DNA of 64,000 nt from Laetmonice hystrix (Eukaryota): the NCBI GenBank assembly GCA_965235115.1, contig OZ249453.1, positions 2,232,001 through 2,296,000 of the forward strand, written 5' to 3'. Of the stretch, positions 1 through 14,054 are shown in pieces; the first letter of the stretch is position 1; each line of letters opens with the position of its first letter. The position numbers were made by a program, and so were the translations under genes. The notes beneath the pieces were generated by a model, which made no database searches, was not told where the DNA came from, and saw only the letters and a list, made by a program, of their open reading frames with translations.

Positions 1-1450
1 GTTACAAAGTAGCAGCAAAATGGTGGAGTAGATATGCATCTTATAGGTTTTTACAATGGTGAAGCAGAATACGGCAGCGCCCTCTATGTGACTCTGAGGT
101 ATTGACGACTGCAGGATAGCACGGCGGTCTCTAGCTGTGCGGCAACAAATTGTAGGAATTGAGACCGAAGCTGCCCGGGCATGAGTTTTCTTTTTCTTAT
201 ATCTTTGTTTCTTTAATACCAAATTCGTAATTATTTCGGTAATTACATTTGTGTCAACAGCCGCATCAAATCCCGTGTCTTTGCTTTGTCAGTAGAGGGC
301 TTGGATTGAGTTCAAGCTGCCGCGTTGCTTTGTTTACATCTCCACCACAGTCGTTCATAGGGGGCGCTGCGCTATGACGGCCTACTTGCATTCAGTGATT
401 GGAAACCTGATTACGATGGGTTTACCATCAAAGCAGACATTGACGTGGATAGCTTTGTATCAAGCACGGTATATACCCACTGTGTGTTTTGGCAGAGGGT
501 GCCCGCTTTCTAGGTTATAATTAGAGGAGTTTCATCCGATGAGCATCACTGTGCTGGTCGATTGTAACAGGGATAATCAGAGACCGTAGCGCCGCCTGGC
601 GGGGACTGATGACAGACAGATGGCGCAGCGTTCAAAATGGCCGTTAAAACGCGAATGCCGTGCCGCGTGTTGGCAAACCGGAATGGACTGCGGAAATATT
701 GTGGCCTTCATTTTGTAAGGTTGTAACATGTTATCAATATCATGGTGGGTTGGAATCTGAATCAGTTCACAGAAGACGTTGTTTCTGGGAAGATTCTGGG
801 GATATTCTACGTCTGTTATTAGGCCTAATAAACGAGAGATGGCATTCCATAAAGGTCTCATCACTACAACTGTAGGTTCGTACATCGCATGTATGATTGA
901 CTCTATGCATGGCCTGTATTCCGGACGTACTTTTATGTTGGATGTTAAAGTTTAGGAACGATTAGACCCAGTCTGATTGTAGGCTCTCTGTTATCTAGAG
1001 GTAGAGCCAGGGTTTTGAAAAGACCATTAATAGGCCTAATGAACAAAATGTGTGGATTCCAAAAAGAAGGGAAAAACAGAAGAGAAAATAGAAGTTCTGA
1101 TCCGGTATGGCCCAAATCATAAAACAAGTATCAAACAAGTATGAAATGTTACAAGTAATCTAGAGAGACATAATTGAACCTCTCGTTAAAAAAAGTTAAA
1201 ATCTTATTCCGGGTCCGTAGATTGAATAAAAGTTCAATAAATTATACCCGGGTGTTTGGAAGCAATCTGAAAGCCTCCGCCGTTAGTGTGAGAAAACACA
1301 GTCTGTACTGTTTTCATGTAGACTTAGCTATCACAACAAACTTAGTGTGTGCCGTGTCAATGACGAGATACGAACACGTTCATCAACAATTTGTTAGTTA
1401 TTACAACCATGTGTAGAAATCAATAAACCATATCTAGGAAACAAAGTGTG

Positions 1451-1696
1451 AAACGTAATGAAAACTGTTATCAAACATACTGAAAACTTTGATCAAACGT
1501 AATGAAAACTTTTATCAAACGTAATGAAAACTTTTATCTAACGTAATGAAAACTTTTATCAAACATACTGAAAACTTTTATCAAACATACTGAAAACTTT
1601 TATCTAACGTAATGAAAACTTTTATCTAACGTAATGAAAACTTTTATCAAACATACTGAAAACTTTTATCAAACGTAATGAAAACTTTTATCAAAC
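1451..1696. repeat. 22-bp minisatellite, about 11 copies
   Basis: Unit aaacgtaatgaaaacttttatc with an aaacatactg variant. Confidence 0.9.
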
Positions 1697-2350
1697 AGGT
1701 ACCGACGTTTTGACGACACTGTCACCACGAAATCAAACGACCACGTGACCGGGGGGGAGGGATGGGTAACTCACGACTTTCTCACCAGGTGTCGTGGGTG
1801 TGCTACAGAGGGTACCGTAGCGCCACCTACAGGGTAATCGTTCACTCACAGTGTCTGCACGACTAGCTACGTGTCTGACTTTAGGGCGAGGTCCACACTT
1901 AGACATGCATACGCACCAATACAGGAGTGTTTGGTAGGGGACTCTGGGGGGGGGTTAGCCCCCCTAGTATAAAATATTGAATTTGCATGGGGTTCGTTGG
2001 CCTTAAAATGATACGGTGCAATTGAAAATGCCTTAATTTACCGTGTTCAAAGCCTAAATGGCCGGACCTATTTGAAATGAAGTAACAGGGGTATTTGTAC
2101 TCCATTCCCCTTTTTTTGTCGATCCCATCCTAGATAGTTAATAAATTACGGAGATAGCCCGGCCACAAGCACACACGTTGGCAACCCCTCTATACCTATG
2201 TTATCGAGTTAATTGGGTAGGTTAGTAGGACCTATCTATAGACACTAAACACGGTCTACAAACTGGGAGGACAGAGCATTCAGCTGTGACTGCGTCTGTC
2301 CTTACCATTAATTGGTGTGACAACCTACACATACACAATTATTGTCTTAC

Positions 2351-2371
2351 CCTTGTGTGCCGGGACATCGT
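2351..2371 (-). CDS. Probable 21-nt microexon of the claudin-like gene
   Basis: Acceptor attatcatttttgtctttcaag|, exon ACGATGTCCCGGCACACAAGG, donor |GTAAGA. Phase 1-1 and in frame after exon 2: (D)DVPAHK. Confidence 0.5.
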
Positions 2372-2984
2372 CTTGAAAGACAAAAATGATAATAGCAGGA
2401 CGAATTATCAACGGAAAGAAGCTACTGAAAATATCACCAAAATTTAACCGATGTAAAACTAGCCTTACGGCCCACGCACACGTATGTGCGATTTTTTTTT
2501 ATAATACGGAAACTAACAGAGAAGTTTGCATTAATTCAAGCAAACATAAGTTAAAATGAGCAAGTGATAAAATTCACGCCTATATTTGCTCGGATTGGCC
2601 GACTGGAAAAGGGGCGTGTCCCAGAGAAACAACTTTAGGAATTATTGAAACTCATAAAGTAATACTTAAAGAGGAGAAATAATTTGAATTGATTTGAGTT
2701 TCCAGCTCGGCCATTCCTGTGGCAACAAAATCCCATCGGAACATTTAAATATTTGCTAATTAAACAAAATGCTCGCGTTCCAAGTATGTTTTTCTCATCC
2801 GGGAATGGCTTGAGAAAAGTCCCTCGTAAGAATAGTTCTTTGTCTGAGCGCATTCAAAACAAAACTTGGGGTGCGTTCAGTAACAGTGGCGTCACAAAAC
2901 GTTGGGTCGTTTAGCCGTTCAAGATTCGTAACGATGCCAGCGTTTTGAGATTGACTTGTTACCTGCGGCTGTTTGCTAGCCTAC

Positions 2985-3077
2985 CTTTGCCGTTGAGTCG
3001 TGAGCAGTTGTTCCCGTGGGGACTGGAAGTACACTCGAACCACAGGCCCGAGTGTATAGCACCATGGTGGACAGTCG
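2985..3077 (-). CDS. Coding exon 2 of the claudin-like gene (extracellular loop 1 signature)
   Basis: Acceptor gttgcattgtatgtttcag| and donor AAAG|GTAGGC. The 93-nt exon is phase 1-1 and reads (A)TVHHGAIHSGLWFECTSSPHGNNCSRLNGK. Joined to exon 1 it gives W-x14-GLW-x2-C-x8-C, close to the claudin/PMP22 ECL1 signature. Confidence 0.85.
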
Positions 3078-4833
3078 CTGAAACATACAATGCAACATTT
3101 TCCTGTTAAATCTTTAAAATTTTAATTATATATTTGTCTTTGTGAGAAATGCCAAGTTTACGATATGATTCCCCTCACCGTTTTAGATTTTTCTTTTTAT
3201 AAGGAATTAAAGCCTTCCACGTGAGCCGCTAGGTGGCGATCGGGGTATTACTAAATTGGTATCACCCAGCATGCTCCGTCGCCACAGGCGTTGATCACTC
3301 ACGCCCCCTAGTGGCTTCCATTAGTACTACAGGCAGGGGTGGGGATGAAGAGATGTGGCGGCCAGGGATGGGGTCACGGGTCAACGGGTCAACGGGTTAC
3401 GGGGTCCGAGTGAGGGTTAGGGGTAATATTGATCGACAGTCTGCTGCCTGCCTTCCTCTCGTTCNNNNNNNNNNNNNNNNNNNNNNNNNNNNNNNNNNNN
3501 NNNNNNNNNNNNNNNNNNNNNNNNNNNNNNNNNNNNNNNNNNNNNNNNNNNNNNNNNNNNNNNNNNNNNNNNNNNNNNNNNNNNNNNNNNNNNNNNNNNN
3601 NNNNNNNNNNNNNNNNNNNNNNNNNNNNNNNNNNNNNNNNNNNNNNNNNNNNNNNNNNNNNNNNNNNNNNNNNNNNNNNNNNNNNNNNNNNNNNNNNNNN
3701 NNNNNNNNNNNNNNNNNNNNNNNNNNNNNNNNNNNNNNNNNNNNNNNNNNNNNNNNNNNNNNNNNNNNNNNNNNNNNNNNNNNNNNNNNNNNNNNNNNNN
3801 NNNNNNNNNNNNNNNNNNNNNNNNNNNNNNNNNNNNNNNNNNNNNNNNNNNNNNNNNNNNNNNNNNNNNNNNNNNNNNNNNNNNNNNNNNNNNNNNNNNN
3901 NNNNNNNNNNNNAGACTGCAGGGCAAAGCGGCCAAACACTCAGTTTTGCCACTGAACAGTTACAGATCTTGACGCCCATGTACTGAATTAAACATCTATG
4001 TTTAAAGACGCCGGAGCTGTATCGATGTTTTTCATAAAAATATGAATTTAGGAATGTCTTACTTTAGATAACATACATCTATAGGCCTACATGGAAGCAA
4101 TCTCTGAGAGTATTGTGCACGTCCTTCCAAGATTTCGACCTGTGAGGGCCTTATAACCGTTTGATTAAGGCGTCCTGTCAGAAAGTCCAATCACCTTAAA
4201 TCATAGAGCTCCAAGCCATGTCCACTTCCAGTAACAGCAACTCTCTGAGCACTGACAGAGAATTCAATGGGTCATAGTTGATTGAATTCGATTCCTTTTA
4301 TTAAACGACCAATTTCGTGAGATTGGATGGCGAATACGTCTGTCTAAAATCGATGCTATAGCAACTATAGCTCAACGTGGGGATGTACGATTGGTAAGAT
4401 GTAAACACATGGCTGAGACATTGAAAAATGTCAAATTTTCACCCAAGTTAATTGCAAACGCCCTAAGTAGAAGGCGTCTACCTCATGTGGTTGTTAAAAA
4501 AATCAATAGATTTTTACGGTGATCAACGAACGCTTACGCACAGAAAGCCATACATCATCTGCGCATGCTCAATAAATCATATGATAATTAAAATCTGAAG
4601 GGGATNNNNNNNNNNNNNNNNNNNNNNNNNNNNNNNNNNNNNNNNNNNNNNNNNNNNNNNNNNNNNNNNNNNNNNNNNNNNNNNNNNNNNNNNNNNNNNN
4701 NNNNNNNNNNNNNNNNNNNNNNNNNNNNNNNNNNNNNNNNNNNNNNNNNNNNNNNNNNNNNNNNNNNNNNNNNNNNNNNNNNNNNNNNNNNNNNNNNNNN
4801 NNNNNNNNNNNNNNNNNNNNNNNNNNNNNNNNN

Positions 4834-4899
4834 AGTGAGAGAGACAGACAGACAAAGGCAGACAGACAGAAAGAAAGAGATACAGAGAGAAAGAAAGAG

Positions 4900-4956
<57 letters not shown>

Positions 4957-4980
4957 GCAGAGACAGAGACAGAGACAGAT
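4834..4980. repeat. (GA)n/(GACA)n microsatellite next to an assembly gap
   Basis: Directly visible. Confidence 0.95.
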
Positions 4981-7946
4981 GCTGTATTAAAAGGACACAA
5001 TAATAATATTATTATCTTTTGTTTCTCGAAGAGTATCATGGTCGCCGCTTGTTTTAAAAAGCACGACCGGAAACGAATTCAAATATTACACCATGTGATG
5101 GTCATAATTAACATCTTACAATGGCAGTGGCTTGTGTAAATTAACACAACAGGGTCTGGGCGGCAACTTCTCAGCCTTTGTCATGTAATTAGTCTGAGGC
5201 TGCTGTCTCGGTGGTCGCCGATTGTTCCCATGGCACCCCCTGGGGACCAAACGCCCGCCTTAGTTACACGATATGACTTCACTACTGTCGCCCAAAGCTA
5301 CAAATTCCTAGTACCACAGAAATTTCTTTTCACCGGTTAGATTCCGCTTCGTGGCTTGCTGATTCTTCCCGGGTCAGAAACGAAAACGGGAGCTACGAAT
5401 CGAAAACTGAATCGAAAAATGTGTACATTTGGGCCACAGTACTACATTGTACGCCTAATACAGCCGCCAGAACACCAGCAACCCCTGGGTCTGTGAGAAT
5501 CCCAAACAAAACCCTCTGGTTCACCACCAGCTGGTGTTCATTCAAAATATTGATCATTTAGAGATCTGAGGCAGTGAGATGATGGTAGTGAATAAATGCT
5601 TTCCACGCCTCAGGACCACAATCAGACTTCTGTATTCCCTCCAACCTTGAAGGCTTTGTGTCCTTGAACAAAACCTCGGAAATCGACCTCGGAAAATCGA
5701 CCTCGGAAATTACAGCCCTCAGAAATGGTTGTTATAGAAGCCTTACTGGAAAAGAAGCCACTAATTTTGGGCTGAAAACCATCAGCGTGCATAGAAATGA
5801 TGCATGGTATTCTACCGCGCTATAAAATATCATTTGGCATTATACGATACGTAATAAAGTGTTCCAGGTTGTTACAAACTGTAGCTATATGAGGATCTAG
5901 CCATGATGTAAACTGAGTTATAATTATGAGGGTTCGAGCCATGATGTACACTGAGCTATATGAGGGCCGGGGCATGACGTTAGCTACAGTAACACCAGGC
6001 CAGGGTCACGACGCTGAACTGAACTTTATTTTGTTTGATAAGAGTGATTGATCTCATTGAATTCAAGTAAAAGGTCAGAGGAGTTTCCCCTCCACGGACC
6101 GCCACACATCGAATAGGATCTGTCCAGTATTTTACATTTCAACGTTCAAACGTGTCATGCTATAACAAACTAGGATCGGCTGTTTCTGCTACTTGACCTA
6201 ATGGTATAGCCATTCATAATATTACCAGCATCACTACATACAACCTGTGGCCAGACCGGCCGACTATATCTCGGTCACGGCGACGCTAGCGTCTGCGTGT
6301 GTAGCACACGGCGTCTCTGGGACCGACGCTGACTTGCCGTCCGTTGTACCTCACGCACACACCTCACGCACACGTCCGGTACGTCAAAGATTCAAACATC
6401 TCTTCGAAGTGACATTGGGCTCCATTTGGTAACCCTAGCTACAGAGCGACCCGTGTTTCCTCCCATTGATATCAAACGGGGCTTTCCGTTTGGTTAGCAC
6501 GGACGCGGGCCAACGTTTCACAAACATCTGTGAGGGCATTTCAATGAGCCAAAAGATGCAATGGTGGCGCTGACGAAAAGATTTCTTTTCTGGAGACGTG
6601 GTGTTTCAAAAATCAATTCGCTGAAAGCATTCATTTAACACCTAACCAAAGACGCCGTTTTAAAGACACCATTTTAGAGAAGTCGTTTCTAAAGACGTCG
6701 TTTCTAAAGACGCTGTTTCTAAAGACGTCGTTTCTAAAGACGCCGTTATTTACTGAGACGCACCCTATTGATTCACTAGTTCGGTCAGGTCATGTGACGT
6801 TACAAATAATTATCAGTAATCAGTTGTAGGCTACTGATATGTAGGCCTAGAACTCTGTCTGTCTCTCTNNNNNNNNNNNNNNNNNNNNNNNNNNNNNNNN
6901 NNNNNNNNNNNNNNNNNNNNNNNNNNNNNNNNNNNNNNNNNNNNNNNNNNNNNNNNNNNNNNNNNNNNNNNNNNNNNNNNNNNNNNNNNNNNNNNNNNNN
7001 NNCAGCAGATCCCTAATTCTATCCAGCATTGATTACGTTCTGAAAAACGTAATATTTTTTTACTCGTCAGGTTTCATGTTTGTTCCTTCCATGAACAAGT
7101 CCACCACCAGGCGGCGCTGTAACAATCCCCTCTGACTAATCCCATAGATGCCCTTTATGTCGACTGTCAGATTACGGATGTAGGGAACTTTAAGGTCAGG
7201 TACTGGCGTTCACACTCATCATCAATTAGATCAACTACTACTGTAGTGTTCAATGAACCGTGCCACTCTGTTCAATCAGATGTGTTCACGCAGTCTGAAC
7301 ATCATTACAGGCGTCAATCGATTTCAGTTTAAAATGAAGCCGTGAACACTAGGAGTGAGAATGTTACGGATTCAATGAAGCGGCTGTCTTCTCCCTCTGG
7401 TTGCTTTCTGTCTCCGTGTCTTCACATTCGATGCTCAGCTGTGCGACGTCTGAGCGACCCCCACCACCTCTACTCCCGACATGATTCTGATTCTCGTAAA
7501 AATCGATTTCCTAAATCGGCAATTACGCAAATAAACGCCAATTCATGAAAATGACTATCAATCACAACAATGGCTCTGAATTATGTCTCAGTAATCAGCA
7601 TGATCGACTCAACATTGAAATAATAACAGAGCAGATTGATTAGCCTAGCAGTTAATTAGCACCTCTATCACCAGGTTCTTTCACTGTGAATTAACAAGCG
7701 TCTATAGACATAACCGACATTGTGTGTGAGATTAATTGGCCTGCTACGTGGGAACGCAATCCTTGCTGCGTTATAACCAACCGTTTTATTGGCAATCCTT
7801 GCTGCATTATAACCAACCGTTTTATTGCTATAGACCCGGAGCCTGTCACAACACAAAGTGTGTTTACCAATAAATCCCAGGCTTATAGTTCATCTTAATA
7901 CTACATTGTAGAGTATTCATACAGGCCTAGCCTACAGGTACAAATG

Positions 7947-8257
7947 CAGTGGGGGATGCAGGATTTTGATAAGGGGTGCCCACCTAAAAGTTTTGCCCCG
8001 CTACGTTCGGCATGGTTTTATTGTGATTATTGCCATTTTGGGCCCCTTTTGGTCTATTTCAATGCTACATGGTCCAGACTTATGTTTCTCCTGGATGACT
8101 GAGGAGGTCCTTTTGGGCCCGATGTTACGATCACGTACAATATAGGAGGCTTTCTTAAAGAATTTTGTTGGAATCCGAATAATGCATCTTTTTAAAAAAA
8201 GAGAGAGAAGGAAAATTTAGGGGGGGGGGGCCCTTGGGCCCCCTGGATCCCCCTGTG
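7947..8257. mobile_element. Non-autonomous TIR element (CAGTGGGGGATGCAGG...CCTGGATCCCCCTGTG)
   Basis: Imperfect 16-bp terminal inverted repeats; AAATG directly flanks both ends (7942-7946 and 8258-8262), a candidate 5-bp TSD. Confidence 0.6.
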
Positions 8258-8427
8258 AAATGCATTGTTGTCATCAAATTATAAGAAAGTCGGTGAGTGT
8301 AATGAGTGTCTATATTATGACAGCTGTGAACCCCATTAAGGTGGAAGTTTCTTACTTCAGGGTGTTGAGACTAAACCAATCTGACGCCATTAGGCGCCGA
8401 TGGCGTCACCTTCTTCAATGATCAACA

Positions 8428-8691
8428 GTACAACGACAACTGACACTTGGTGCAGATGGAGACAGCTGCCACTCGGTACAGATGGAGACAATTGACAATC
8501 GGTGCAGATGTAGACAACTGACACTCGGTGCAGATGGAGACCATTGACAATGTACAGATGGAGACAACTGACACTCGGTACAGATGGAGACCATTGACAA
8601 TGTACAGATGGAGACAACTGACACTCGGTGCAGATGGAGACAATTGACAATGTACAGATGGAGACAGCTGGCACTCGGTACAGATGGAGAC
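8428..8691. repeat. Composite minisatellite of 23-27-bp subunits
   Basis: Recurrent cagatggagaca...tgacactcggt / ttgacaatgt units. Confidence 0.85.
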
Positions 8692-8864
8692 GAGCCCTGC
8701 TATAACAGCGCCATGACCAGGTCACGTACAGCCTGGTAGAGTGTGTCCCCCCCCCCCCCCCCCCCCGAGAGGTCCCAAATATTTTGGGGTTGGTAAGTTG
8801 GGGGTCATGGTGTTAGAGGGGGTGTTGGTGTTTCATTATGATCAGATGACAGACCTGTGTGATT

Positions 8865-9160
8865 GAATTCAATCTCTGCTGATTTGGAGGTCTGGCGAAA
8901 TATGCCACGACCAGACGGTGCTGAGTGACCTATATTAGGCCTAATATGACGAGGACCTCGCATAGCAACGAGAAAAACAGGAAGTAATTTAGGTCCTCAT
9001 GGCTTCTACTGATGACGGTCACCATGATGATCCCTACTCAATATTATCTGTTTCGTGGGTTTCTACCTAAATTACACGAGGCCATTGTCATATAGGTCAT
9101 TCAGCACCGTCTGGTCGTGGCATATTTCGCCACACCTCAAAATCAACAGAAATTGAATTC
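8865..9160. mobile_element. MITE-like element with about 70-bp imperfect terminal inverted repeats
   Basis: 8865-8935 (gaattcaatctctgctgatttggaggtctggcgaaatatgccacgaccagacggtgctgagtgacctatat) is the near reverse complement of 9090-9160. Confidence 0.7.
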
Positions 9161-9344
9161 CGTGTGTCGGAGGTCCTGGACGAGAACTGCATGCAAAGAT
9201 ACACACTTGTGTTGAATAAGACAGAGTAAAATAATCAGTTTCAATCTTATATAGGTTTCAGACAAACTGCTGACGCCACCTTTCGGTAAGGTGTCAGAAC
9301 GGAACCTCATATGAGTAGGGTAACTCACTACAGACCGTTTTTAT

Positions 9345-9382
<38 letters not shown>

Positions 9383-11667
9383 GAATATCCTTGATTTCTA
9401 TTGGTTTTCCAAAAGGATTCGTGGATGTCACTTATCATGATATTTCACATCGTCATCAGTGGAAGCCATGCCACTGGGCCGAAATTTCTGCCATTTCTCC
9501 TATGATTGAGTCAGTGAACACCCACGGGAGCCACTTGGGATGAAATAATGATATATCGGGGACGGTAATACCTCTATGGTGGGACCTTGGAACATAAGAA
9601 ACACATCACGTTCACTAGGCCCACCCTCTGCGGGTAACGGATGCCTGAGCCGGACCTGCCTGACAGACGTGGCTTCATTGACAGTACAATGGAGGACGCG
9701 TGGCCAAGTAACCGACCGCATGATTGGAAAATAGGAGGCAATAAGGAACCGGGACCGTATCATTGCAGGGGCATTGTGGGAAGGTGATTGTCAGGGGAAC
9801 TGGTGATATTCTTGAGGGCAAGGTATTAGAAGAAGACCGTTTATCTCACTAGCTGAGATCAAACTTGAGGCCTTTTATGACGTTGACAACGATTAGATAA
9901 AACTATTACAAGTAGCGAGATCCCAGCAACGCCTTCCATAAAACAAGACTTTTTACGTCATAGTTACATTGTAAACAACTTTTATTCCCCACTGCCGTCG
10001 GGTAGAAACCGGTTGGACTTGTCCTGAGTTTAATCAATTCACCGTCTGGTCTTGTGCAGGTCTTAACTGACTGGTTTAAACTGACAACAGAACTGTTGTC
10101 AGTTTAGATCCAGGTCTAAACTGACAAATAATGATCACCAGTGCTGGAATAATAAATCGCTAATTTGAGGTTTCTAGGTCACAATGCCGCGCTCGTCCAA
10201 TCAGCGCCGATGATCGTTTTCTATCACGGTCACCGTGTAACCTAGATAGGCGTTTGTGTCCATACCCTTTTTTCAAGCGACGAGCGGCCTTTGGCGAGAA
10301 AAAGGGCCTGGTGATCGAGGCTAGCTCACAGTAGGCCTATAATTGTGTCCTCCTGTGATGACCAGGTCACAGTCAGTAGGCATACATCAGACCTACCCCA
10401 TGGCGCCTATAAACTAGCGTCACGCACATGTACAGGATGCCAGTGATGTTGACACGCACCTGTAAGTACATGTAGAGCATGATCACGATACTCCGGGCAG
10501 TAACGGAGGGAGGAAGTCTTTAGGGAATACACTGTATCTGAACGAATGTTTGCCACTGCCCCTGTTTAATTAGAAAGCGAGGGGTCACCCAGAGGTGGCA
10601 TGTCATTACCTTGATTGTACCTGAGGATTCTCACCCCTCAGGTGCAATGTAAGACGCGCCCCTCCATGTCAAGATACTGTTGCGTGAGTCCACACAGAAG
10701 TGCAACACAAGAATGTCTAACAGCCCTTGCTGTTTTAAAAATTGGATTCGAACCAGTTCCGGTTGGCGGAAGCCCTTCCAGTGGCCAGTGTTATAGGCCT
10801 GATGTAACGGAGCGAGCATTCCGTTTTAATTGTCAGGCTGAATCGGTTGATACTGGTGCTGACACACAGCACACCCAGCAGAAGTGCATGACTACTGTGG
10901 CGCAAAGGTACAATTCTTCGCGGAACACAAATTATTTTTAACACCTGGAAGATTTCGCTTTGCAATTAAATTTCGTATCTTGGTCGAACGGTGCCACTTC
11001 GGAGCAGAACCACACAATTTGAAGCGAAATCTGACGGATAAAAAGAAATTTATGTGCGACCGACTTTTTGTACTCTTGGGCCATAGTAGCATACCAGCCT
11101 AGTGTGTTTTCAATTAGATCCAATACAGTTCTACCGGCACAGAGTACCATTGTCCACATGACAATACCCGACGCACCAACCTACAATCATATTCAATAGC
11201 GTCTCATTTTCAAACACACACCATTTGCGTGTTATTATTTTATTTAAATTCACGTGCTGCAGAGCCCCCCCCCCACACCCCCCCCACACCCCACCCACAC
11301 CCCTCCAGTGTAAGTGTAAGAAATCTAAGGTCTAATTATGAGGCGTTTGAAAACCACCGGAAAAAACAGCCCAGCAATGAAATCAGCATTTACGAGTGCA
11401 TCAATACAAAGCCATTGTACATAGGTCTAATTATTTATAAGAATCAATTCAGGTATAGATCTGCGGGACTACAATGAAAACAGGTCAACTGAGACTATTG
11501 TGTTCCTTCAGATAAATATGACGTTTAAATGGAGCGCATAAATCACGAAAATGTGCAGTAAGTATTGAATAAAGTATATGACCACCCACAACAAACCGGG
11601 TCGTCGTTTTCAATTCAATCGATAATATCCTTATATATTGCCTGCAAATTTCGCAAGGAAAATGTGC

Positions 11668-12024
11668 GCTTACACAGACCATTAGAAACAGTGCGCTTAC
11701 ACAGCCCACTGGAAACGGTGAGCTTACATAGCCCATTGGAAACAGTGCGCTTACACAGCCCACTGGAAACGGTGAGCTTACATAGCCCATTGGAAACAGT
11801 GCGCTTACACAGCCCACTGGAAACGGTGCGCTTACACAGCCCACTGGAAACAGTACCCACTGGAAACAGAGCGCTTACACAGCCCACTGGAAACAGTACC
11901 CACTGGAAACAGTGCGCTTACACAGCCCACTGGAAACAGTGCGCTGACACAGCCCACTGGAAACAGTGCGCTTACACAGCCCACTGGAAACAGTGCGCTT
12001 ACACAGCCCACTGGAAACAGTGCA
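11668..12024. repeat. 27-bp minisatellite, about 12 copies
   Basis: Unit acagtgcgcttacacagcccactggaa. Confidence 0.9.
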
Positions 12025-14054
12025 CACATTACGATTCAAAATTATCGACGTGAAAAACCGACCCCTCTCTCCCGCCTACCCGTCATAACGCGTGTTATAT
12101 CGCCCCTCGCCCTCCCCACCCGTTTCTCTCGGGGGTTTCTAACTGGGAAGGGTTCCGAAATAAACCCCATCGCCCGCCAGTCCCCGCGTTCGTCTCAAAC
12201 TCAACCACATCCATCGTTCCACAACTGTTTTCAGCCACGAGCCTCGTTTTGGTATTCTTTGACACCTATCAGTCCTTGATGGCCCCCGGTCCTCGCTCCC
12301 ACCCTGAGCTTGATTTTATCGGTTTGCATAAATCAGCAGGAATTAGGGACCACGTGACCTGACGTCAACATGCCCATTGGTCAAGTCAGGTCAATCGATT
12401 TTATCCTCGCACTCTGCCCTGCTCGAATCTTTGCCATGCATTCCGGGAAGACCTATTATTACAGAAATGGTTGAACCAAACTACAAATATGTTTCTTAAA
12501 TAGATGCCCCCATATGTGTTTGGCCGTTCGATCATTTTTCAGTAATAATAAATTAGTTTCCAATGTACAATATGACAAGCATTATACATTACTTCGGTCC
12601 AGAATATTCCGGCTTAAATTCAACGCAACATGATCATGTTACCTGTTTTGTAAACAGTACGTCACTCCGAATCTCCGATTGTCAATTTCATGTTTTCGGT
12701 GGGAAATGGGTTAATCATGATCGTTCAGTTTTAGCAGATCGCATTCCTAAAATGAAATGTGATATTATTAGTTGACCTCAGCTGCTGATTGCCCACATCC
12801 GGGTTCTTCATGACGTGTCCTCATGGCGCGTGGACGACGGGCTCAAATCCGATAATCAATCACGTCACACGTCACGGACAGCGATTATGTGACAGCTAGG
12901 AACATTTTGATTGGTTTAGAGGGCGCCTCAATGTCGGCTGACTAGACGCTATGTCCAATTAACGTAGTATAGTCAGCGACCAAGGTGCAGCGACAGATTG
13001 GGACCTGCAGAACTGCGTGGGGTACATTTACAACCCCGATGCGATGTCATTATGTGAAAAATGGCATCAAGCTTCCAAAGAAAGATTTATCATTTGTAGG
13101 CTTAGAACTTTTCACACCACAATTTGACATTTTTCTACCTGATTGTGTAAATGGGCTATAAATAATAACACCCTCCCCNNNNNNNNNNNNNNNNNNNNNN
13201 NNNNNNNNNNNNNNNNNNNNNNNNNNNNNNNNNNNNNNNNNNNNNNNNNNNNNNNNNNNNNNNNNNNNNNNNNNNNNNNNNNNNNNNNNNNNNNNNNNNN
13301 NNNNNNNNNNNNNNNNNNNNNNNNNNNNNNNNNNNNNNNNNNNNNNNNNNNNNNNNNNNNNNNNNNNNNNNNNNNNNNNNNNNNNNNNNNNNNNNNNNNN
13401 NNNNNNNNNNNNATGCCCACCGATTCACCAACAAACGATCTGTGTTTAATAGCGTTGACAGCTCAAACTGCTGGAAGTATTCACGTCCGACTCCATATGT
13501 TACGTGACCAACCCACACACAAACCACCGTAACGAATCTGTCTCAACGGTTTTATACAACGCACCAAATCAAATTAATTGCATGTCACTGGGTTAGACCG
13601 TCTGGGCTTTGATATCACGTAAGGTTATCTAACCTCACGTGATAGTACTGGACAAGAATTATCCAGGCCTCAGGATAGATTCTACACCATGTATAGATTG
13701 TGGCACACATAAAGACTGACAAAGACCTAATCCGATGTGGGCGATAATAGGAGCAGGGCCGACTCGGAGATAAACCGTAACGTATTCGGCTAGCTCTACA
13801 CGGTATAATTGTACAATGATTGCCCGCTAATAGAACCGTTTTAGTGAGTGCAGGTTACGAGAGATTTAAATAATCAACGCTGTAGGTTCCATCTGGTTTT
13901 AGCATAACAATACGCATGCGCATTGCAATGTATAATCAGGGTCCACCGTCCCAGTATGTATATCGACCGGTTCAGCAATTTCTGAACGCCTGCATCTGGG
14001 TACGATGACCTACATGTTTCTGTTTAGAATATGGAAGAACCGAATGTGCACGAT

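Noticed and set aside
1-2340. Search for the TM2-TM4 exons of the claudin-like gene
   Set aside because: No exon with compatible phase, splice sites and a hydrophobic frame found; presumed to lie left of the window.
3233-5039. ORFs containing long X runs (also near 6.9, 13.1-13.5 and 31.9-32.4 kb)
   Set aside because: Produced by assembly N-gaps. The gaps could hide small exons, which cannot be assessed.
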